Both the position numbers and the translations under genes were made by a program. A DNA stretch of 64,000 nt from NCBI RefSeq assembly GCF_009914755.1, contig NC_060947.1, one strand, 5' to 3'. Source of the DNA: the human T2T-CHM13v2.0 reference genome, Homo sapiens. Positions 51,201-61,700 of this stretch are shown here, in pieces; position 1 is the stretch's first letter; each line of letters opens with the position of its first letter. The notes below the pieces were generated by a model. The model made no database searches, was not told the origin of the DNA, and was given only the letters and a program-made list of their open reading frames with translations.

Positions 51201-52760
51201 TCCAACGAAATCCTCAGAGAGGTCCAAATATCCCCTTGCAGATTCTACAAAACGTGTGTTTGGAAACTGCTCCATCATAACGAATGTTCAGCTCTCTGAG
51301 TTAAACTCCATCGTCACAAAGAATTTTCTGAGAGTGCTACCGTCTGGTTTTTATATGAAGTTCTTTCCTTTACTACCACAGGCCTCAAAGCGGTCCAAAT
51401 CTCCACTTGCAGATTCTACAAAAACAGTGTTTGCAAACTGCTCTATCAAAAGGAATGTTCAACTCTGGGAGTTGAATGCAATCATCACAGAGCAGTTTCT
51501 GAGAATGCTTCTATGTCGTTTTTAGGAGAAGATATTTCCTTTTCCAACACAGTCCTCCAAGCCCGCTAAATATCCACTTGCACATTGTAGAAAAAGTGTG
51601 TCGAAGCTGCGCTATCAAAGGGAAAGTTCAACTCTGTGAGGTGAATGCAAACATCCCAAAGAAGTTTCTGAGAATGCTTCCGTTTAGCTTTTAGGTGAAG
51701 ATTATCCCGTTTCCAAAGAAACCTTCAAAGAGGTCCAAATATCCCCTTGCGGATCCCACAGAAAGAGTGTTTCGAAACTGCTGTTTCAAAAGGACTCTTC
51801 AACTCTGTGAGTTGAATGCAATCATCACAAAGAAGTTTCTGACAATGCTTCTCTCTCGTCTTTCTGTGAAGATAAAGGAAAAGGCTTTCAGGCCTTTTCC
51901 ACCACAGGCCTGAAAGCACTCCAAATGTCCACTTGCAGATTCTGCCAAAACAATATTTCAAAACTGCTCTATGAAAAGCAATGTTAAACTCTGCGGCTCG
52001 AACACAAACATCACAAAGCGGTTTCTGAGAATGCTTCAGTTTAGTTTTTCTGTGGAAATATTCCCGTTTCCAAAGAAATCTTCAAAGAGGTCCACGTATC
52101 CATTTACAGATTCTACAAAAAGACAGTTTCAAAACTGCTCAATCAAAAGGAGGGTTCAACCGTGTGACTTGAATGCAATCATCAGTCAGAAGTTTCTGAG
52201 AATGCTTCTCTTTAGTTTTTACGTGAACATATACCCGTTTCGAACGAAGGCCACCCAGTGGTCCAAATATCCACTTGCAGATTCTACAGAAAGAGTGTTT
52301 CGAACCTGAACTCTCAAAGGCAGGTTCATCTCTGCGAGTTCAATGCATTCAACATGAAGAACTTTCTCAGCGTGTTTGTGTTTAGTTATGGGAAATTATT
52401 GCCGTTTCCAACGAAATCCTCAGAGAGGTCCAAATATCCACCTGCAGATTCTACCAAAAGTGTATTTGGAAACTGCTCCATCAAAAGGCATGTTCAGCTC
52501 TGTGAGTGAAACTCCATCATCACAAAGAATATTCTGAGAATGCTTCCGTTTGCCTTTTATATGAAGTTCCTTCCTATACTACCGTAGGCCTCAAAGCAGT
52601 CCAAATCTCCATTTGCAGATTCTACAAAAAGAGTGATTCCAATCTGCTCTATCAATAGGATTGTTCAACTCCATGAGTTGAATGCCATCCTCACAAAGTC
52701 GTTTCTGAGTATGCTTCTATCTAGTTTTTATGTGAAGATATTTCCTTTTCCACCACAGGC
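45250..52760. repeat. Run of near-identical HOR copies (H23-H26), a recent local expansion
   Basis: Shared diagnostic variants (TCCAAAGAAACC, GGACTCTT, AGCACTCC, CCAAAACAAT, AAGCGG, TCCATTTAC, TCAGTCAG, TGAGTATG) occur in all four. ORF translations are identical from copy to copy. Confidence 0.9.
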
Positions 52761-55700
52761 CCCAAAGCCCTCCAAACGTACACTTGCAGATTCTCGAAAA
52801 AGAGTGTTTCATAGCTGCTCTTTCAAAAGGAAAGTTCAACTCTGGGAGTTGAATACAAACATCACAAAGTAGTTTCCGAGAATGCTTCTGTTTAGTTCTT
52901 ATGTGAAGATGATCCCGTTTCCAGTGAAATCTTCAAAGAGGTCCACATATCCCCTTGCAGATTCCAAAGAAAGAGGGTTTCAAAACTGCTCCATCAAAAG
53001 GATTGTTCAACTCTGTGAGTTGAATGCAGTCATCGCAGAAAACTTTCTGAGAATGCTTCTGTCTAGGTTTGAGGTGAAGATATAGACGTTTCAAACGAAG
53101 GCTACAAAGTGGTCAAAATATACACTTGCAGATTCTACTACAAGGGTGTTGCAAACCTCAACTATCAAAGGAAGGTTCAACTCTGTGAGTTGAATACAAA
53201 CAACACAAAGAATGTTCTCAGTTTGCTTCTGTTCAGTTATGGGAAGTTGATCGGGTTTCCAACGAAATCCTCAGAGAGGTCCAAATATCCCCTTGCAGAT
53301 TCTACAAAACGTGTGTTTGGAAACTGCTCCATCATAACGAATGTTCAGCTCTCTGAGTTAAACTCCATCGTCACAAAGAATTTTCTGAGAGTGCTACCGT
53401 CTGCTTTTTATATGAAGTTCTTTCCTTTACTACCACAGGCCTCAAAGCGGTCCAAATCTCCTCTTGCAGATTCTACAAAAAGAGTGTTTGCAAACTGCTC
53501 TATCAAAAGGAATGTTCAACTCTGGGAGTTGAATGCAATCATCACAGAGCAGTTTCTGAGAATGCTTCTATGTCGTTTTTAGGAGAAGATATTTCCTTTT
53601 CCAACACAGTCCTCCAAGCCCGCTAAATATCCACTTGCACATTGTAGAAAAAGTGTGTCGAAGCTGCGCTATCAAAGGGAAAGTTCAACTCTGTGAGGTG
53701 AATGCAAACATCCCAAAGAAGTTTCTGAGAATGCTTCCGTTTAGCTTTTAGGTGAAGATTATCCCGTTTCCAACGAAACCTTCGAAGAGGTCCAAATATC
53801 CCCTTGCGGATCCCACAGAAAGAGTGTTTCGAAACTGCTGTTTCAAAAGGAATCTTCAACTCTGTGAGTTGAATGCAATCATCACAAAGATGTTTCTGAC
53901 AATGCTTCTCTCTCGTCTTTCTGTGAAGATAAAGGAAAAGGCTTTCAGGCCTTTTCCACCACAGGCCTGAAAGCACTCCAAATGTCCACTTGCAGATTCT
54001 GACAAAAGAATATTTCAAAACTGCTCTATGAAAAGCAATGTTAAACTCTGTGGCTCGAACACAAACATCACAAAGCGGTTTCTGAGAATGCTTCAGTTTA
54101 GTTTTTCTGTGGAAATATTCCCGTTTCCAAAGAAATCTTCAAAGAGGTCCACGTATCCACTTACAGATTCTACAAAAAGACAGTTTCAAAACTGCTCAAT
54201 CAAAAGGAGGGTTCAACCGTGTGACTTGAATGCAATCATCACTCAGAAGTTTCTGAGCACGCTTCTGTTTAGTTTTTACGTGAACATATACCCGTTTCGA
54301 ACGAAGGCCACCCAGTGGTCCAAATATCCACTTGCAGATTCTACAGAAAGAGTTTTTCGAACCTGAACTCTCAAAGGCAGGTTGATCTCTGCGAGTTCAA
54401 TGCATTCAACATGAAGAACTTTCTCAGCGTGTTTGTGTATAGTTAAGGGAAATTATTGCCCTTTCCAATGAAATCCTCAGAGAGGTCCAAATATCCACCT
54501 GTAGATTCTACCAAAAGTGTATTTGGAAACTGCTCCATCAAAAGGCATGTTCAGCTCTGTGAGTGAAACTCCATCATCACAAAGATATTCTGAGAATGCT
54601 TCCGTTTGCCTTTTATATGAAGTTCCTTCCTATACTACCGTAGGCCTCAAAGCAGTCCAAATCTCCATTTGCAGATTCTACAAAAAGAGTGATTCCAATC
54701 TGCTCTATCAATAGGATTGTTCAACTCCATGAGTTGAAGGCCATCCTCACAAAGTCGTTTCTGAGTATGCTTCTATCTAGTTTTTATGTGAAGATATTTC
54801 CTTTTCCACCACAGGCCTCAAAGCCCTCCAAACGTCCACTTGCAGATTCTCGAAAAAGAGTGTTTCATAGCTGCTCTTTCAAAAGGAAAGTTCAACTCTG
54901 GGAGTTGAATACAAACATCACAAAGTAGTTTCCGAGAATGCTTCTGTTTAGTTCTTATGTGAAGATGATCCCGTTTCCAGTGAAATCTTCAAAGAGGTCC
55001 ACATATCCCCTTGCAGATTCCAAAGAAAGAGGGTTTCAAAACTGCTCCATCAAAAGGATTGTTCAACTCTGTGAGTTGAATGCAGTCATCGCAGAAAACT
55101 TTCTGAGAATGCTTCTGTCTAGGTTTGAGGTGAAGATATAGACGTTTCAAACGAAGGCTACAAAGTGGTCAAAATATACACTTGCAGATTCTACTACAAG
55201 GGTGTTGCAAACCTGAACTATCAAAGGAAGGTTCAACTCTGTGAGTTGAATACAAACATCACAAAGAATGTTCTGAGTTTGCTTCCGTTCAGTTATGGGA
55301 AGTTGATCCCGTTTCCAACGAAATCCTCAGAGAGGTCCAAATATCCCCTTGCAGATTCTACAAAACGTGTGTTTGGAAACTGCTCCATCATAACGAATGT
55401 TCAGCTCTCTGAGTTAAACTCCATCGTCACAAAGAATTTTCTGAGAGTGCTACCGTCTGGTTTTTATATGAAGTTCTTTCCTTTACTACCACAGGCCTCA
55501 AAGCGGTCCAAATCTCCACTTGCAGATTCTACAAAAAGAGTGTTTGCAAACTGCTCTATCAAAAGGAATGTTCAACTCTGGGAGTTGAATGCAATCATCA
55601 CAGAGCAGTTTCTGAGAATGCTTCTATGTCGTTTTTAGGAGAAGATATTTCCTTTTCCAACACAGTCCTCCAAGCCCGCTAAATATCCACTTGCACATTG

Positions 55701-58700
55701 TAGAAAAAGTGTGTCGAAGCTGCGCTATCAAAGGGAAAGTTCAACTCTGTGAGGTGAATGCAAACATCCCAAAGAAGTTTCTGAGAATGCTTCCGTTTAG
55801 CTTTTAGGTGAAGATTATCCCGTTTCCAACGAAATCTTCAAAGAGGTCCAAATATCCCCTTGCGGATCCCACAGAAAGAGTGTTTCGAAACTGCTGTTTC
55901 AAAAGGAATCTTCAACTCTGTGAGTTGAATGCAATCATCACAAAGAAGTTTCTGACAATGCTTCTCTCTCGTCTTTCTGTGAAGATAAAGGAAAAGGCTT
56001 TCAGACCTTTTCCACCACAGGCCTGAAAGCGCTCCAAATGTCCACTTGCAGATTCTGCCAAAAGAATATTTCAAAACTGCTCTATGAAAAGCAATGTTAA
56101 ACTCTGTGGCTCGAACACAAACATCACAAAGCAGTTTCTGAGAATGCTTCAGTTTAGTTTTTCTGTGGAAATATTCCCGTTTCGAAAGAAATCTTCAAAG
56201 AGGTCCACGCATCCACTTACAGATTCTACAAAAAGACAGTTTCAAAACTGCTCAATCAAAAGGAGGGTTCAACCGTGTGACTTGAATGCAATCATCACTC
56301 AGAGGTTTCTGAGAATGCTTCTCTTTAGTTTTTACGTGAACATATACCCGTTTCGAACGAAGGCCACCCAGTGGTCCAAATATCCACTTGCAGATTCTAC
56401 AGAAAGAGTGTTTCGAACCTGAACTCTCAAAGGCAGGTTCATCTCTGCGAGTTAAATGCATTCAACATGAAGAACTTTCTCAGCGTGTTTGTGTTTAGTT
56501 ATGGGAAATTATTGCCGTTTCCAACGAAATCCTCAGAGAGGTCCAAATATCCACCTGCAGATTCTACCAAAAGTGTATTTGGAAACTGCTCCATCAAAAG
56601 GCATGTTCAGCTCTGTGAGTGAAACTCCATCATCACAAAGAATATTCTGAGAATGCTTCCGTTTGCCCTTTATATGAAGTTCCTTCCTATACTACCGTAG
56701 GCCTCAAAGCAGTCCAAATCTCCATTTGCAGATTCTACAAAAAGAGTGATTCCAATCTGCTCTATCAATAGGATTGTTCAACTCCATGAGTTGAATGCCA
56801 CCCTCACAAAGTCGTTTCTGAGAATGCTTCTATCTAGTTTTTATGTGAAGATATTTCCTTTTCCACCACAGGCCTCAAAGCCCTCCAAACGTCCACTTGC
56901 AGATTCTCGAAAAAGAGTGTTTCATAGCTGCTCTTTCACAAGGAAAGTTCAACTCTGGGAGTTGAATACAAACTTCACAAAGTAGTTTCCGAGAATGCTT
57001 CTGTTTAGTTCTTATGTGAAGATGATCCCGTTTCCAGTGAAATCTTCAAAGAGGTCCACATATCCCCTTGCAGATTCCAAAGAAAGAGGGTTTCTAAACT
57101 GCTCCATCAAAAGGATTGTTCAACTCTGTGAGTTGAATGCAGTCATCGCAGAAAACTTTCTGAGAATGCTTCTGTCTAGGTTTGAGGTGAAGATATAGAC
57201 GTTTCAAACGAAGGCTACAAAGTGGTCAAAATATACACTTGCAGATTCTACTACAAGGGTGTTGCAAACTTCAACTATCAAAGGAAGGTTCAACTCTGTG
57301 AGTTGAATACAAACATCACAAAGAATGTTCTGAGTTTGCTTCTGTTCAGTTATGGGAAGTTGATCCCGTTTCCAACAAAATCCTCAGAGAGGTCCAAATA
57401 TCCCCTTGCAGATTCTACAAAACGTGTGTTTGGAAACTGCTCCATCATAACGAATGTTCAGCTCTCTGAGTTAAACTCCATCGTCACAAAGAATTTTCTG
57501 AGAGTGCTACCGTCTGGTTTTTATATGAAGTTCTTTCCTTTACTACCACAGGCGTCAAAGCGGTCCAAATCTCCACTTGCAGATTCTACAAAAAGAGTGT
57601 TTGCAAACTGCTCTATCAAAAGGAATGTTCAACTCTGGGAGTTGAATGCAATCATCACAGAGCAGTTTCTGAGAATGCTTCTATGTCGTTTTTAGGAGAA
57701 GATATTTCCTTTTCCAACACAGTCCTCCAAGCCCGCTAAATATCCACTTGCACATTGTAGAAAAAGGGTGTCGAAGCTGCGCTATCAAAGGGAAAGTTCA
57801 ACTCTGTGAGGTGAATGCAAACATCCCAAAGAAGTTTCTGAGAATGCTTCCGTTTAGCTTTTAGGTGAAGATTATCCCGTTTCCAACGAAATCTTCAAAG
57901 AGGTCCAAATATCCCCTTGCGGATCCCACAGAAAAAGTGTTTCGAAACTGCTGTTTCAAAAGGAATCTTCAACTCTGTGAGTTGAATGCAATCATCACAA
58001 AGAAGTTTCTGACAATGCTTCTCTCTCGTCTTTCTGTGAAGATAAAGGAAAAGGCTTTCAGGCCTTTTCCACCACAGGCCTGAAAGCGCTCCAAATGTCC
58101 ACTTGCAGATTCTGCCAAAAGAATATTTCAAAACTGCTCTATGAAAAGCAATGTTAAACTCTGCGGCTCGAACACAAACATCACAAAGCAGTTTCTGAGA
58201 ATGCTTCAGTTTAGTTTTTCTGTGGAAATATTCCCGTTTCGAAAGAAATCTTCAAAGAGGTCCACGTATCCACTTACAGATTCTACAAAAAGACAGTTTC
58301 AAAACTGCTCAATCAAAAGGAGGGTTCAACCGTGTGACTTGAATGCAATCATCACTCAGAAGTTTCTGAGAACGCTTCTCTTTAGTTTTTACGTGAACAT
58401 ATACCCGTTTCGAACGAAGGCCACCCAGAGGTCCAAATATCCACTTGCAGATTCTACAGAAAGAGTGTTTCCAACCTGAACTCTCAAAGGCAGGTTCATC
58501 TCTGCGAGTTCAATACATTCATCATGAAGAACTTTCTCAGAGTGTTTGTGTTTAGGTATGGGAAATTATTCCCGTTTCCAACGAAATCCTCAGAGAGGTC
58601 CAAATATCCACCTGCAGATTCTACCAAAAGTGTATTTGGAAACTGCTCCATCAAAAGGCATGTTCAGCTCTGTGAGTGAAACTCCATCATCACAAAGAAT

Positions 58701-61700
58701 ATTCTGAGAATGCTTCCGTTTGCCTTTTATATGAAGTTCCTTCCTATACTACCGTAGGCCTCAAAGCAGTCCAAATCTCCATTTGCAGATTCTACAAAAA
58801 GAGTGATTCCAATCTGCTCTATCAATAGGATTGTTCAACTCCATGAGTTGAATGCCATCCTCACAAAGTCGTTTCTGAGAATGCTTCTATCTAGTTTTTA
58901 TGTGAAGATATTTCCTTTTCCACCACAGGCCTCAAAGCCCTCCAAACGTCCACTTGCAGATTCTCGAAAAAGAGTGTTTCATAGCTGCTCTTTCAAAAGG
59001 AAAGTTCAACTCTGGGAGTTGAATACAAACATCACAAAGTAGTTTCCGAGAATGCTTCTGTTTAGTTCTTATGTGAAGATGATCCCGTTTCCAGTGAAAT
59101 CTTCAAAGAGGTCCACATATCCCCTTGCAGATTCCAAAGAAAGAGGGTTTCAAAACTGCTCCATCAAAAGGATTGTTCAACTCTGTGAGTTGAATGCAGT
59201 CATCGCAGAAAACTTTCTGAGAATGCTTCTGTCTAGGTTTGAGGTGAAGATATAGACGTTTCAAACGAAGGCTACAAAGTGGTCAAAATATACACTTGCA
59301 GATTCTACTACAAGGGTGTTGCAAACCTGAACTATCAAAGGAAGGTTCAACTCTGTGAGTTGAATACAAACATCACAAAGAATGTTCTGAGTTTGCTTCC
59401 ATTCAGTTATGGGAAGTTGATCCCGTTTCCAACGAAATCCTCAGAGAGGTCCAAATATCCCCTTGCAGATTCTACAAAACGTGTGTTTGGAAACTGCTCC
59501 ATCATAACGAATGTTCAGCTCTCTGAGTTAAACTCCATCGTCACAAAGAATTTTCTGAGAGTGCTACCGTCTGGTTTTTATATGAAGTTCTTTCCTTTAC
59601 TACCACAGGCCTCAAAGCGGTCCAAATCTCCACTTGCAGATTCTACAAAAAGAGTGTTTGCAAACTGCTCTATCAAAAGGAATGTTCAACTCTGGGAGTT
59701 GAATGCAATCATCACAGAGCAGTTTCTGAGAATGCTTCTATGTCGTTTTTAGGAGAAGATATTTCCTTTTCCAACACAGTCCTCCAAGCCCGCTAAATAT
59801 CCACTTGCACATTGTAGAAAAAGGGTGTCGAAGCTGCGCTATCAAAGGGAAAGTTCAACTCTGTGAGGTGAATGCAAACATCCCAAAGAAGTTTCTGAGA
59901 ATGCTTCCGTTTAGCTTTTAGGTGAAGATTATCCCGTTTCCAACGAAATCTTCAAAGAGGTCCAAATATCCCCTTGCGGATCCCACAGAAAGAGTGTTTC
60001 GAAACTGCTGTTTCAAAAGGAATCTTCAACTCTGTGAGTTGAATGCAATCATCACAAAGAAGTTTCTGACAATGCTTCTCTCTCGTCTTTCTGTGAAGAT
60101 AAAGGAAAAGGCTTTCAGGCCTTTTCCACCACAGGCCTGAAAGCGCTCCAAATGTCCACTTGCAGATTCTGCCAAAAGAATATTTCAAAACTGCTCTATG
60201 AAAAGCAATGTTAAACTCTGTGGCTCGAACAGAAACATCACAAAGCCGTTTCTGAGAATGCTTCAGTTTAGTTTTTCTGTGGAAATATTCCCGTTTCCAA
60301 AGAAATCTTCAAAGAGGTCCACGTATCCACTTACAGATTCTACAAAAAGACAGTTTCAAAACTGCTCAATCAAAAGGAGGGTTCAACCGTGTGACTTGAA
60401 TGCAATCATCACTCAGAAGTTTCTGAGAATGCTTCTCTTTAGTTTTTACGTGAACATATACCCGTTTCGAACGAAGGCCACCCAGTGGTCCAAATATCCA
60501 CTTGCAGATTCTACAGAAAGAGTGTTTCGAACCTGAACTCTCAAAGGCAGGTTCATCTCTGCGAGTTCAATGCATTCATCATGAAGAACTTTCTCAGAGT
60601 GTTTGTGTTTAGGTATGGGAAATTATTCCCATTTCCAACGAAATCCTCAGAGAGGTCCAAATATCCACCTGCAGATTCTACCAAAAGTGTATTTGGAAAC
60701 TGCTCCATCAAAAGGCATGTTCAGCTCTGTGAGTGAAACTCCATCATCACAAAGAATATTCTGAGAATGCTTCCGTTTGCCTTTTATATGAAGTTCCTTC
60801 CTATACTACCGTAGGCCTCAAAGCAGTCCAAATCTCCATTTGCAGATTCTACAAAAAGAGTGATTCCAATCTGCTCTATCAATAGGATTGTTCAACTCCA
60901 TGAGTTGAATGCCATCCTCACAAAGTCGTTTCTGAGAATGCTTCTATCTAGTTTTTATGTGAAGATATTTCCTTTTCCACCACAGGCCTCAAAGCCCTCC
61001 AAACGTCCACTTGCAGATTCTCGAAAAAGAGTGTTTCATAGCTGCTCTTTCAAAAGGAAAGTTCAACTCTGGGAGTTGAATACAAACTTCACAAAGTAGT
61101 TTCCGAGAATGCTTCTGTTTATTTCTTATGTGAAGATGATCCCGTTTCCAGTGAAATCTTCAAAGAGGTCCACATATCCCCTTGCAGATTCCAAAGAAAG
61201 AGGGTTTCAAAACTGCTCCATCAAAAGGATTGTTCAGCTCTGTGAGTTGAATGCAGTCATCGCAGAAAACTTTCTGAGAATGCTTCTGTCTAGGTTTGAG
61301 GTGAAGATATAGACGTTTCAAACGAAGGCTACAAAGTGGTCAAAATATACACTTGCAGATTCTACTACAAGGGTGTTGCAAACCTCAACTATCAAAGGAA
61401 GGTTCAACTCTGTGAGTTGAATACAAACATCACAAAGAATGTTCTGAGTTTGCTTCCGTTCAGTTATGGGAAGTTGATCCCATTTCCAACGAAATCCTCA
61501 GAGAGGTCCAAATATCCCCTTGCAGATTCTACAAAACGTGTGTTTGGAAACTGCTCCATCATAAAGAATGTTCAGCTCTCTGAGTTTAACTCCATCGTCA
61601 CAAAGAATTTTCTGAGAGTGCTACCGTCTGGTTTTTATATGAAGTTCTTTCCTTTACTACCACAGGCCTCAAAGCGGTCCAAATCTCCACTTGCAGATTC

